Source: Octopus vulgaris
Taxonomy: Eukaryota
DNA length: 64,000 bases
Direction: 5' to 3'
Assembly (NCBI GenBank): GCA_951406725.2
Contig: OX597831.1
Span: 2,108,001 to 2,172,000 of the forward strand
The notes beneath the pieces were generated by a model. It did no database searches. It was given only the letters and a program-made list of their open reading frames with translations, and had not been told where the DNA came from. Below are positions 51,240 to 64,000 of this stretch, in pieces; the first letter of the stretch is position 1, and each line of letters begins with the position of its first letter. The translations under genes were made by a program, and so were the position numbers.

Positions 51240-52650
51240 TTATTATTATTGTTATTATTTATGCACAACAGATTAGACTGTTGGAAAGAATTCTGAATAT
51301 TGGGCTACAAGTAACCTAAGATACCAAGAATCTGGAGCTGTACTAAAGTAAGTTTTATGCCTATTTCCTCTATCCTATCAATCTGTTCAAATCTTTAGGA
51401 ATAGTTCCTAATGCACCAGTAACTACGAAGATACATTTTACCCACACTTTCCATACCCTCTGTAACTCAATGGTTAGGTCCTGGTACTTTATTACTTTCT
51501 CTACATCTCTCATATTGACTTTCTTTCATTTGGAATTGTAAAGTCAATTGCCTGGTACTTTCTATTCTCTCTCATTACAACCACTAAATCAGGCCTTCTA
51601 GCTTTTATTACTCTGTCAGCCTGCATGTTAAAATCCCACAACATCTTATATTTCTTACTTTCTAGAACTTTACTAGGTTCATGTTCATACCACTTACCAG
51701 TATGGTCAAATCCTAGCGTTCTACACAACTCTGAGGATTATTCTCCCTAGGTTCCTACATTGGGAAATTACCTGATTTTTGTCTGTCTTGGCTTTTATCC
51801 AGTTAGTCCTCAATGCCTGATCTTATGCTGCTACTAAAAAACTTTCTGTCTCCCTTTACAGCCTTCCTTTCTGCAACCACAACTGTGTCTCTCTATTACT
51901 ATTTTCTGCATCTATCTTTGGAAATCTACCATTCAAAGCCTTCTCATGCCAGTCTTTACTCTTTGACTAAACATTTTTTTTTTGAGAGAAGATTTAAATC
52001 TTGTTTCCTAACTGTCCTGTTTCCAGGCTTCTATTCTACTCAAATCTTGTCTGAAAGTCTACACTTTATTTTCTAATCTCTTTTTCTACATCTGTTTCTT
52101 CCTATTCTTTTCTTGAGGAATACCTCATCTATTAATAGCAACTACCTCTCCCACATAAATCAGTAAGTTAGTGTCACCTATATTTTTAGTATGTATCCTA
52201 CTGATAACAACATCTACTATCCAAGCAATATCCAACTATTTCCTTCTATTAACACCTTTTAATTCTGGCAATCTTTTTCTTACTTCTTTACTCATTACTT
52301 CCTTCAACTCATCTAAAACCTTCTGATCTTCCTCACTTAAGTTGCTGGTGTCAGTTTTCCCTTCCTGACTGTTATTGGTAGTGCTGCTATTTTTTTCTTG
52401 TAAGCCCTTCCTTAGCTTGAACAATATCACTTATACCGCTTGCTTCATCCTGGTTTGTGTTGTTTGGCTGTTCTACTTCCTGGTCCTTCTGTTTTAGTTG
52501 TCTTGTGATATCTTCTACCTCTAATTCTGTCTTCCACTTATTTCTCCTAATAGCATTAACCTGGTCCACTAGTCTCTGCTCTGTTACATCAAACATACCT
52601 TTCTGTAACCTCTTACTTTGGGTTCAATTTTCAGGTAGCACTGCATCACT
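51240..52650 (-). mobile_element. R4/Dong-clade RLE retrotransposon relic, RT region missing
   Basis: N-terminal VTEQRLVDQVNAIRRNKW motif (52596-52387); RLE WYEHEP...KMLWDF...RRPDLVV (51728-51510); (taa)n context. Confidence 0.75.
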
Positions 52651-54234
52651 ATCTTCACATGTCAAATTCTTCCTCATCTATTATGTACTGATGCTGTCTT
52701 AGAATAATGACTGAGGTCAGTCTGCATCAGTATTAAACCACTGCTGAGTAAGAGACCTGCCCTTAGAGGTTCAGCTTCATTTATACAGTTATCACTAGAA
52801 TTTCTGTGCAAACTCATGTGTTTGTGTGTGTGTTTTTATTGTGACAGCATCACCATGCACCTGATGTTTTTTACCTTTGTTATCATTATTATTAAGGTGG
52901 TGAAAAGTGGCAAGCTGATAGAACTGTTAGCACACTAAACAAAATGCTTAGCAACATTTCAACAGTCTTTATGTTCTGTGTTCAAATCCCACTGAGATCA
53001 ACTTTGCCTTTCATCCTTTTGGGGTCAATGAAGTAAGTACTGGGATCGATGTAATAGAGTAACCCCTGTCCCCCTAAAAAAATGGAAAAAAAAAACTGCT
53101 GGCCCTGAACCAAAATTTGAAATCATTATTAAGCTTGCAAAATTGTCAGCACACTGGATGAAATGTTTAACTGCATTTCTTCTGGGGTTTTATGTGCTGA
53201 GTTCAAATTACACCACTGCCTTTCATCTTTCAAGATTGATTAAAAAAAAGATATCAGCTGAGTAGTGTTGTTGTTGTTTGTTCCTTCTTGAGCCATGTCT
53301 GGCTCATAAGGGCTGGTTTCCTGGTTTCATTGGTGTATAGGTTCCCTGCCTGGATGAGATGCCAGTCCATCACAGGTGAGCTGCTAGATGCACGAGGAAA
53401 GAGTGAGAGAAAGTTGTGGCGAAAGAGTCAGCAGAAGTTCACCACTACCTTTTGCCGGAGCTGTGTGGAGCTTAGGTGTTTTGCTCATAAACATCGCCCG
53501 GTCTGAGATTCGAACCTGCGATCCCTTGACCATGAGCCCACTGCTCTAACCACTAGGCCATGTGCCTCCACTGTTGAGTAGTGAGTATAGTGAATTATAA
53601 TAAGTATTGTTATGATCATCATCAATGCTTTAATGTCATTTCTTCCATACTAGCTGGGTTGTACAGGTCTGCTGTGCACATATCACAACTTATCTCAATC
53701 TCATCTTTATCTCACCACTTCTTCCTACATCTTACTTTGCAATGACTGCCTTCTACTGCATACAGCTCTTTACTTGTGCTGAGTGAGGAGAAATCGAAGG
53801 TGTTGTTTACCAAACAGTGGTAATGATTAATATATGTCTGATTTGAAGGACTATGTAGTTTGTACCATTATTTAGCAAGTCATGTGATTCTCCAGGGTAC
53901 AAATATGGGCTGCCTAGGTTCTCTACACACCCAACCTTGCTAATATAGTTCAAAGGAGAGCAGAGCAGTTAAGTCTGGCATCATTTGGCTGCAGTAGTTT
54001 CCAAAATAGTGCTGAACTGAATACCAGGTGGCCTTAGACAGGGAGACTATTTACTTACATTTGAATATTTGTAATCCTGGATAGAGATCCATACTAAGTT
54101 TTGTCAGACAGAAAGAGCCACATGAGTAGAATTGTTTGTTTTGTGGTATGTTGTCTTAGCAACCATATCAACATCGAATTGTTACTAAGATGATTTGACA
54201 ATTTAAATTTGTAGACCGTGGGGCATTTATAGAA

Positions 54235-54976
54235 ACTCACTGCACATCCAGTGGAGCAGACAAGTTTCATTCCAATCTAGTCTTTGCATGACCTCTGCAT
54301 TCAGGGCCCATGTTTCACTACCATGTAGTATTGCTGTTTGTATACATGCATCATACAATCTTCCTTTCACATAGACAGAGAGAGCTTTGGTTTCCAACAG
54401 AGGTAAATGCTTTCTGAAATTTCTCCATCTCATTCTAGTGATTACATTTTCCATAAATAAGGAATGCCCACTTAAAAACACCAAACTTGTCTCTGCACTC
54501 ACAGTTAACTCTCACCTTACTGACAAAACCTCTGTACATGGCCTGTACAGCTTTCACAAGCCACTCATCTACCCCTAGCTTCCTCAGAACCAACCATACA
54601 ACACAGTGTAAGATAAGGTGTTATAGCCCAATTAATTAAGAACAGAATTAGACTAGATGAAATATATATCTCTTCCTTCTCCATGGAATCACTTCCTGTT
54701 GACTTGCCCACATAACTTTCATCACTTAGCATGAAACTGCTTCCCTCTCTTCTGTAGCCTACTAAGTAAATGGGGATCTTAGTCCTGTAATCAAAGGCTT
54801 TCTCCAGATCAACAAATGCCAAGTATAATGGCTTTTCTTGCTAAATACTTCTCTTGCAGTTACCTGATTATAAAAATAGCATCAGTAGTGTTTCTGTCTG
54901 GGACAAAGCCAAACTATATTTCATCTAGTCTAACTCTGTTCTTAATTAATTGGGCTATAACCCTCTATCTTACACT
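54235..54976 (-). mobile_element. rearranged RTE LINE RT fragment
   Basis: AFVDLEKAFD and LHGSETWAL motifs; internal inverted piece. Confidence 0.75.
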
Positions 54977-55011
54977 AATCTTGTAATAGTGTATTAAACA
55001 ATGTATCTTAC

Positions 55012-55115
55012 CTGCTCTGTAATGCTATCTAGTGATGATGTTGCCTCATCATAAGCAATTATGATAGGGTCTTTCAAAATAGTCCGAGCAATAGCAACAC
55101 GTTGTTTCTCTCCTC
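55012..55115 (-). CDS. ABCB7: ABCB7 exon (signature end, Walker B, D-loop)
   Basis: tttatag / gtaaga; 104 nt; [35 protein letters not shown]; ends phase 0. Confidence 0.95.
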
Positions 55116-57175
55116 CTATAAATATAAATTATGAAGATTAGTAAATGAAGATCACAACAGATTTTTTTTAATATTTCACTCCATCAACTTTTATTTATTT
55201 ATTTATCTATTTATTTATTTCAAAAATGGACAGGACACAAATCTGAACAAATTTCAGTTTTATTAGAATTCTATAGTACAGCATATACTTCACCATAGTT
55301 GCCAAATCTGATTGTCTCTCTTTTCCGACACCTATATGCGTAGGTATATATGCATATAGTTTTATACATTTACTTATCACTACAATTTCTTATCACTACT
55401 TTAACAAATGTGGTGAAGTCTTTGCTTTATTGAAGAAATATAAGACCAAAACACACTCTTAGTTGTAACCCATACATGCCAAAAGAATCAAAATATAAGA
55501 CAAGTATTTTTTGCCTTCACTGCATAAGTATTTCTAATTAATTCTTTAATGCATTCCATATTAATTATGTTAACATGAACTTAACAATTGTTAATATATT
55601 AAATATCAAAAACATAATTAATTCTATATAAGAAATTATTCCTCTCCATCAACTGTTTTAGCCCAAATAAAGTAACAATTGGATATTAAAAATTACAAAC
55701 TACTTTACCAAACAACTCAAATGACATAGTATTTAGTCCATATTTAATTAGATTACTTGTAATGCAGTTGTCAGGGACATACAAATTACTGAACAGTAAA
55801 GTGTTACTAGTTCCTATTGTAAGCTGGCAGCTTAACTGGAATGGGCCGAGTGTTCTTTATTGCTTAAAACAAATAATGCATTGCAAATGGCGAAGTCTGA
55901 ACCAATGAACTCTAAGTCAGTAAATGTAATCTACCAATTCAATTACTGATAAATGTCAACCATGTTTTTACCAAAAATAGTTTAACCATTTATCTTTAAG
56001 ATTACTCTGTGAAATGTAATGTATATTTATTCACATTTAAAAAATAAATAATCATGTGTCATCTTGTAGCTTCATGATTTCAATGATGTGATTGCTTATC
56101 TTTAGGATTATATTGCAGGATGGGTGTGAGAGGCTACATGTGGTAGAATACTTTGGTGAGCTGGCAGAATCGTTAGCACGCTGGGCAAAATGCTTAGCGG
56201 TATTTCGTCTGCCGTTATGTTCTGAGTACAAATTCTGTCGAGGTCGACTTTGCCTTTCATCTTTTCAGGGTCGATAAATTAAGTACCAGTTACGCACTGG
56301 GGTCAATGTAATCGACTTAATCTGTTTGTCTGTCCTTGTTTGTCCCTTCTATGTTTTGCCCCTTGCGGGCAATAAAGAAGTGAGAATACTTGGGTTGTTT
56401 ATGGCCTGTTTCTTTTATCTTATACTTGCTTCATTTATTAGACTGTGGCCATGCTGGGGCACTGCCCTGAAGAAATTTAGTAGAATGAATCAACCCCAGA
56501 ATGTTCTTTTTGAGCTTGGTACTTATTCTATCGGCCTCTTTTGCTGAGCAGTTAAGTTACAGGAATGTAAACACATCAACACCAGTTGTCAAGCAGAGGT
56601 GGGAGACAAACTCAAAGACACACATACTCTTTTACTTGTTTCAGTCATTTGACTGTGGCCATGCTGGAGCACCGCCTTTAGTCAAGCATATCGACCCCAG
56701 GACTTATTCTTTGTAAGCCTAGTAATTATTCTATCAATCTCTTTTGCTGAATCGCTAAGTTATGGGGACGTAAACACACCAGCATCAGTTGTCAAGCGAT
56801 GTTGGGGGGTACACACAAACACATATATACGACGGGCTTCTTTCAGTTTCCGTGGACCAAATCCACTCACAAGGCTTTGGTCGGCCCGAGGCTATAGTAG
56901 AAGACACTTGCCCAAGGTGCCATGCAGTGGGACAGAACCAGGAACCATGTGGTTGGTAAGCAAGCTATTTACTACACAGCCACTCCTGTGCCTATACAAT
57001 GGGCATTTTTCAGTTTCTGTCTACCAAACCTACTGAAAAACACTTTGGTCAGTCCAAGGCAGCAGGAATGAACCCAAAACCATGTGGTTGGGAAGCAAAC
57101 TTCTTACCAGACAGCCAAGTCTGCACCTATAAATTCTAAAGAGTTAAAAGGTGCAGCAAAAAAACTATTGCATAC

Positions 57176-57350
57176 CTGAAAGCTTCAATCCTCTCTCTCC
57201 AACCTGTGTTTCATATTTCTGAGGAAACATATCTTCAATGGTTTGATGTAATTCAACCATGCGAGATGCTTCAAAGACTTCTTCTCTGGTGGCATCCAAT
57301 TTACCATATTGGATATTTTGGTATATGGTGTCATGGAACAACACACAATC
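57176..57350 (-). CDS. ABCB7: ABCB7 exon
   Basis: ctttgcag / gtatgc; 175 nt; DCVLFHDTIYQNIQYG...VGERGLKLS. Confidence 0.95.
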
Positions 57351-58072
57351 CTGCAAAGGAAAACATACTTGTCAGTCATCATTATCATCATCATTGTTTA
57401 ATGTTCGCTTTCCATGCTAGCATGGGTTGCACGATTTGACTGAGGACAGGTGAACCAGATGGCTGCACCAGGCTCCAATCTGATCTGGCAGAGTTTCTAC
57501 AGCTGGATGCCCTTCCTAATGACAACCACTCTGAGAGTATTATTAATATATCAACAACACCACTACTGTTGTCATCGTCATCAACCTCATCCCTTATGAC
57601 ATCTAATACTGACTGTATCAACTATGGTAAATGCCCCCCTCTCCCTTCCTCACTTTTATTCACCTTGTAGTACCAAGTGGTCTGAAATGTAACATTAGTA
57701 ATGGCTAGAAGTCTTCTAGTTACAAGACTGCTTCATCTTCATTATTATTGCTACTAGCACTGCCACCATACTACCATCATCACTACCATGGCTATCATCC
57801 TCTTCCTTCTCATCATTATCATCATCACCATCACACTACTATTACTACTAAAACTCCCACCACCAACACTACAATTACTAGCATTCTCACAACTACAACC
57901 ATCAGTACCACAACCACCACTACTACCGTTGTGACTACTAACAACCTCAGCCATCATCATTACTACTACAAATTCAACCAACTTCTTCTTTTTTGCTGCC
58001 ACTGCCACCATTACCACCACCACCACAATCACTATCACAACAATAACCACTAACAAGCAGTTCATTACTTAC

Positions 58073-58202
58073 CTGTGGAACAACACCAATAGCTTTTCTC
58101 AAACTGTCCAACGTGACGGTCTTTACGTCTTGACCATTTATAGAGATGGAACCTTTCTGGGGGTCAAAGAAACGGTACAACAGCCGGACAATTGTAGACT
58201 TC
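58073..58202 (-). CDS. ABCB7: ABCB7 exon (Walker A end, Q-loop)
   Basis: ttgtctag / gtaagt; 130 nt; [19 protein letters not shown]...IGVVPQ. Confidence 0.95.
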
Positions 58203-59052
58203 CTAGACAAAATAAAAAAAAACAAATGTTCATGTTTATTTTTCCATTAATTATCAATGTATATTAAACAAATACAGAAATTACCAAATACCCACAGGTA
58301 AAATTTAATGTTTTTTACTTTCATACACAGGATTTTGAGTACCTGTTTATAGGATTTTCATTATTCACTTACACCCCATAATGACTTTGGGAAATATCCG
58401 AACATTACAATTTCATAATTTTTTATTCTATTCTTTAATGTACTTTAACCCTTTAGGACTTAAACTGGTCACAAATATTCTACCTGTTTTATGTTCAAAC
58501 TGGTCAGATCCAGCCTCTTACACTTACCATACAATGTCATTCTAAAAATAAACAATCACATCAAAATCATGATCTTGTTATTTTTTTTTATCACTTAACT
58601 TTTAACAGCTTCAGATTTCTGTATACAACTTTTTTTTAACCATTCATGTTACTGTTATATCTGAAGTTTGGCACAAGGTAAACCATTTTTCAATCACATC
58701 AGAGCTATCTGTACTGGGGTCGATTACATCAACCCCAGTACTCATCTGGTACCTATTTTATCGACCTCAAAAGCAATGAAAGGTAAAGTTGACCTCGGCA
58801 GAATTTGAACTCAGAATGTAAAGATGGACAAAATGCACCACATGACCACACCAGTGCAGTCGTTTCTCTTGCACACCACATCTGATGCTTCTTAAGTCCA
58901 CCTTTTCTCTCAAGGAACTTACACTCTGTCGAGTATGCACACTGACATTACACATCCATCGGATCATACTGGCTTCATTCCTTGTGAGCTTACACATGTC
59001 CTCAGTATTTTGTCCATTTTTATGCTCTGAGTTTAAATTCATTACTTTCAAA

Positions 59053-59306
59053 CACAAATATCATGTGGTAATTGTTCTGTCCAAGTTGCATAAATACTCC
59101 CTTATCAATCTCGTCATTGCAACAAAAATGAAGAAATGACTGGGTTATTAGAGGCCTGCCAACAATGATGATATCAATCACAAATATCATGTGGTAATTG
59201 TTCTGTCCAAGTTGCATACATACTCCCTTGTCAATCTCGCCATTGCAAAAAAAATGAAGAAGTGACTGGGTTAACAGAGACCTGCAAATGATGATGTTAT
59301 GTGATA
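59053..59306. repeat. two ~126-bp tandem copies in ABCB7 intron
   Basis: cacaaatatcatgtggtaattgttctgtccaagttgcata at 59053 and 59179. Confidence 0.9.
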
Positions 59307-59423
59307 CACAAAACAAAGGTCAAAGGCACTGTCCATTCTCATCCTCTGACTATTTTGTAAAACATTAAAACAAACACCTTAGCCTTTGCATTTCAATATT
59401 GATGTATTTATGAAAAAACTTAC

Positions 59424-59587
59424 CCACTGCCACTACCACCAACGATAGCAATTTTCTTGCCAGCGGGTACAGTGAAAGTCAAGTTGTTAAATATAGCACG
59501 TCCGGGGACATACTCAAAGTAGACGTCTTGAAATGTTATGGATGAATCTTCTCGAGAAACATCAAGGGTTGGAGCTGTTTCTGCATT
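59424..59587 (-). CDS. ABCB7: ABCB7 exon (NBD start, Walker A)
   Basis: ttctttgtag / gtaagt; 164 nt; NAETAPTL...ITFQDVYFEY...GKKIAIVGGSGSG. Confidence 0.95.
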
Positions 59588-59704
59588 CTACAAAGAAATT
59601 AATTCCAAGAAGCATCACCATACTGTCACAACTACCATTATCAAAATAACAATCACCTATAACACTATCATCATCACCAACACTACTACTACTACTGCTG
59701 CTGT

Positions 59705-59736
<32 letters not shown>

Positions 59737-60476
59737 TTGTTGTTGTTAAGCAATAAGATGGGCAAGGGTGATTAGGTGATGGTCTAGGGCTTAGGGGCGG
59801 GAGACCCCAGACCTTGGAAAAAAACAAAAAAACTTTGGTCATCTTGTTGTAGTCAAGGGCTCTTCGTTGACGCCCGACACCACTGGGAGGTGGCCCTCGA
59901 AGTCGCTGGAAATGGAGATCTCCAGGTCCAAATTCTTGAACGTCCTGCCACTGCTGCTGCTATTAGCATCACTACTACTAATCCATAAGCTATAACTTCA
60001 CCAGCAACACCAACAACATCTATGTTATCATCAGTGCATTTTATGTGTTGGTGCCACCTTACAAGCACTGTCCACTTTGTAAGGTGGTTGGTGTTAGGAA
60101 GGTCATCCAGCTGTAAAAACCATGCCAGAACAGACAGTGAAGCCTGGTGCAGTCTTCTGCCAAGCCAGCCCCTGTCAAACCGTTCAATCCATGCCAGCAT
60201 GGAAAACAAGTATTAATGATGATGATGATGATGAACACCATCTACATCATTATCAACCTGTCTTCCATCAGCCACTTATTTCATTCCACATGCACCATTT
60301 AAGCTCCTTCTCATATTTTCACATCGACACATCATCAACACTGTCATCTCTATCAAAAGAAAGTGACAAACAGGCTGTACTGTTAAAATATTGGATGAAA
60401 TACCAGCTCAGCTTCTTGCATTCTGGCTTCAAATCCTGCCAAGATCAACTTCTATCCTTCCACTGACAATAATTAA

Positions 60477-60688
60477 CCCTTTCATTACCGTATTTATTTT
60501 GAGATGCTCTGTGTTTTTTTCAATTAATTTTAAATATAACAAAGAATTTAGTAAAATAACTTAGTTATCATTCAGCTAGTATTAGGAACATAAATTGTGA
60601 CTAAGGTTTGGTGGAAGATTTTAATTCAAAACTTATGAAAACAAAACATTTGTACTACAGAGCCAGAGCTGGGTTGGTAACGAAAGGG
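60477..60688. mobile_element. piggyBac-type MITE (second family)
   Basis: ttaa-ccctttcattacc...ggtaacgaaaggg-ttaa. Confidence 0.8.
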
Positions 60689-61096
60689 TTAAGTATCAGT
60701 CTAGGATAGGGGACTTGTTGAATTCTCAGACAGGATGCTCTGTGACATTTGTTCGAGCCCTTTGTGTTCTGAGTTCAAATAATACTTGAGTGGTATCGCC
60801 TGGTTCTTGGGAGCCTATAGTGGCATCCACTCTGTTGCAAGCATTTGGGACAGGTCTCAAATTTGGGATACCTTCTTTCCTCTTGTTAGTCTTGCAGGAC
60901 CTGTAAATAAGGTGTCAGGAGTACTGCCTTACCCTCTTTATTAAGCAATTTCGAAAAATAAAACGAAATAGGAAAAGACATTGGTCAATATTTGTTTCTA
61001 ATATCTAGGCTCCATCAGCCTCAATCCAGTTTTTCCAAGTTCATCCAATATCACACACTCTATAATCATTCTATAATAACAGACTATAATCATCAA

Positions 61097-61137
61097 AGAG
61101 AGAGAGAATAGAGGATAGAGAAGGAAAGAAAGGAGTA

Positions 61138-61175
<38 letters not shown>

Positions 61176-61301
61176 GAGGATAGAGAAGGAAAGAAAGAAG
61201 TAGATGAGAGAGAGAGAGAGAATTGAGGATAGAGAAGGAAAGAAAGGAGTAGATGAGAGAGAGAGAGAATAGAGGATAGAGAAGGAAAGAAAGGAGTAGA
61301 T

Positions 61302-61333
<32 letters not shown>

Positions 61334-61487
61334 AATAGAGAAAGAAAGAAAGGAGTAGATGAGAGAGAGTAAAGGATAGAGAAGGAAAGAAAGGAGTAGA
61401 TGAGAGAGAGAGAGAGAGAGAGAATAGAGGATAGAGAACGAATGAGAAGAGTAGAGGACAGGGAAGGAAAAAAAAGGAGTAGAGGAT

Positions 61488-61561
<74 letters not shown>
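61097..61561. repeat. (ga)n compound minisatellite
   Basis: Repeated atagaggatagagaaggaaagaaaggagtagat units interspersed with (ga)n. Confidence 0.9.
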
Positions 61562-61564
<3 letters not shown>

Positions 61565-61591
61565 TCATTTGGAAAATATGGAAATGTTTAC

Positions 61592-61749
61592 CTTTACAGC
61601 AGATTCCAAATTAAGCAAGCTAAACATAGTTTGCATGTCAATGAGAGCCTGCCGGATCTCTCTGTAGACTGATCCCAGAAAGTTAAGTGGCAAGGATAGC
61701 TGGAAAAGCAATCCATTTACCATTACGATATCTCCGACAGTCATTGTGC
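61592..61749 (-). CDS. ABCB7: ABCB7 exon (TM6)
   Basis: ttttctag / gtaaac; 158 nt; [42 protein letters not shown] (ATM1/ABCB7 hallmark). Confidence 0.96.
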
Positions 61750-62560
61750 CTAGAAAATGGGGAAATAATTATTGATTTTAGGAAAAGTGAATAAACGTAC
61801 GTGTATGTATATCTGTCTGTCTATCTATCTATCTGTCTATCTATCTAACTATCTATCCCTTTATCTAAATTATATATATGTCGTTGTCGTCGTCATCGTC
61901 ATCATTATTTAATGTCCTTTTTTTCCATACTGGTATGTGTTGAGCAGTTTGGCAAGAACAGATGAACCAAAAACCTCTGCTAGATTCTGTCTCCGTTGGC
62001 ATGGTTTCTACAGCTGGATGCCATTCCTAATGCCAACCACTTAACAGAATGTACTGGGTGCTTTTTCTGTGGCACCAGCACTGGTAAGGTTGCCAAGCAC
62101 CCACAAAATAAGATCCCTCAAATGAGTAGAACACAGACTGGAGGAATAAGAAACTATGACACACACACATACGCAAGCAAACCAATGTGGAAAAAAAAAT
62201 TTCACTTGAATACCAAAGATTGAGCAAAATAAAATTTCATTGAAGCTGAAAAGACTTCACGACTGTTACTCTTTTACTTGTTTCAGTCATTTGAGAAAAA
62301 TCCCCTGTGATATTTGTTTCTCCCCAGTTAGAGACAACCCTTTGTCACTCTCATCGCAAAAATGTATTGAACCAGTGACTAGTCATTGATAAAGTAATGT
62401 TCACAAAATGCAACAATATGAAATAAATAAGTAATGGCAGTAGTTCAGGTTTGTAAATACAGTGGAATCAGACAAGGACATAGTAGTAGGGAAGGTCAGT
62501 AACAATAAATTTGTTAAGGGATCTGTGAGTGTTCATCAAGTGTAAGTTAAAGGATCTTAC

Positions 62561-62735
62561 CATTCAAGACATTTTTACTAGCCAAGTACATAATGGCCGT
62601 CAAGCCTACACTGAAGATGGCATTTTGTCCCCAGTTCAGAGCAGCCAAGCTTGTTGTTGTTTTCAAGGAGGCCTTTTCATATTTGCCCAACAGAATATCA
62701 TACTTCTGAGCTTCGTACCACTCATTGTTGAAATA
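62561..62735 (-). CDS. ABCB7: ABCB7 exon (TM5); gene continues beyond window
   Basis: ttattccag / gtaaga; 175 nt; [42 protein letters not shown]. Confidence 0.96.
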
Positions 62736-64000
62736 CTGGAATAAAGAAATGGTATTTAAAAAGTTGTAACATGCATACTAATAAATAAATGCATAACACT
62801 GATAGACAGATACACATGCACAACTAAAAAGTCACTACATGTCCTCTAATTTTACTGTGATATACCATAAAATTGGCAAATTATAATAAACACCTTTTAT
62901 ATCACTTTAGATTCCATGTTTCACTACATCATCATCATCATCGTTTAACGTCCATTCTCCATGCTAGCATGGGTTGGACGGTTCAACCAGGGATCTGGGA
63001 AGCCAGAAGGCTGCACCAGGCTCCAGTCTTATCTGGCAATGTTTCTACAGCTGGATGCCCTTCCTAACGCCAACCACTCCGTGAGTGTAGTGGGTGCTTT
63101 TTACGTGCCACCGGCATGGCACCAATCAGCTGGGACTGGCATCGACCACACTCGAATGGTGCTTTTTACATGCCACTGGCACAGGACCTAGTCAGGCAGC
63201 ACTGGCAACGATCATGCTCGAGTGGTGCTTTTTACGTGCATATACCTATACTGAAATACAGGATCACACGAAAAACACACGCTTAATAATATTCCTCTCT
63301 CTATTTAAGGCAGTGTGCTGGCAGAATCGTTAGCATGCCGGGCGAAATGCTTAACGGTATTTCATCTGCCGCTACATTCTGAGTTCAAATTCCGCCATGG
63401 TCGACTTTGTGTTTCATCCTTTCGGGGTCGATTAAATAAGTACCAGTTACGTACTGGGGTCGATGTAATTGACTTAATCTATTTGTCTGTCCTTATTTGT
63501 CCCTCTTGTGGGCAATAAAGAAATAAATATTTCTCTCTCTCTCTCACCTCACACTAAGTCATTCCCATTAATTATCATACATTATAGACACAGCCCTCAT
63601 ACATTCCATTCAATAAATGGATCCTTAACCCTTTTTAGCATTCAGATTATCCTGTCAAATGTAATGCTTATTTATTCAGAATTGTTTTGAATTAATCTTG
63701 CATTATCTCAGAGCTTCAAGATTTCAATGATGTGGTTGTTTATTTCAAGAATGACATTTTAGGGTAGGTGTAAGAAACTGGTTATGGCCAGTTTGAACAC
63801 AAAATAGATAGAATATTTAGGCCAGATATGACCAGTTTAAATAATAAAGGTTAATTTTCCCCTTAATACAGTTTCATACATCTGCAATGTTATAGTCACT
63901 CCAGTCAATGTAAATACTCAACCATAAATCATTAAGTGTTAGTCATCTACTCTCTTTTCTTAGACTTTGAGAGAAATTTGACTGTTATTTCATGCAAGTC

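Noticed and set aside
38008-54237. Simple inversion explaining the broken ABCB7 exon
   Set aside because: Neither end shows the expected continuation (missing exon start or RTE sequence) on the opposite strand
59287-59349. C box (atgatga) and D box (ctga) snoRNA-like spacing
   Set aside because: Antisense to the host intron, no terminal stem, and tgatga is ubiquitous here
61071-61568. 165-aa Ser/Leu ORF
   Set aside because: (ct)n minisatellite translation inside an ABCB7 intron

Overview
AT-rich, repeat-dense animal genomic DNA. The SINE, RTE-tail and microsatellite landscape suggests a coleoid cephalopod, probably Octopus (inference). Genes supported by the sequence: (1) the 3' half of ABCB7 (mitochondrial Fe-S ABC half-transporter) on the minus strand, with six clean phase-compatible exons at 62735-55012 and a terminal exon at ~38010-37792 whose 5' end is broken; (2) an intronless 690-aa hAT-transposase-derived (ZMYM1-like) ORF at 12686-14758; (3) a canonical tRNA-Asp(GUC) gene at 7274-7345; (4) an unidentified 4-exon minus-strand gene with a mitochondrial-type presequence (7041-1081); (5) a small antisense ORF inside the last ABCB7 intron (48501-48842). 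The rest is SINEs, RTE/CR1/R4/CRE LINE relics, Penelope-like foldbacks with hammerhead cores, hAT/piggyBac/Tc1 MITEs, Helitrons, a Gypsy relic and microsatellites. The most unusual items are a perfect 327-bp inverted duplication (27602-28602) carrying two symmetric micro-exons, the broken ABCB7 last exon, and chains of phase-compatible micro-exon candidates with no recognisable product. All were read by eye and some could be assembly or other non-biological artefacts.
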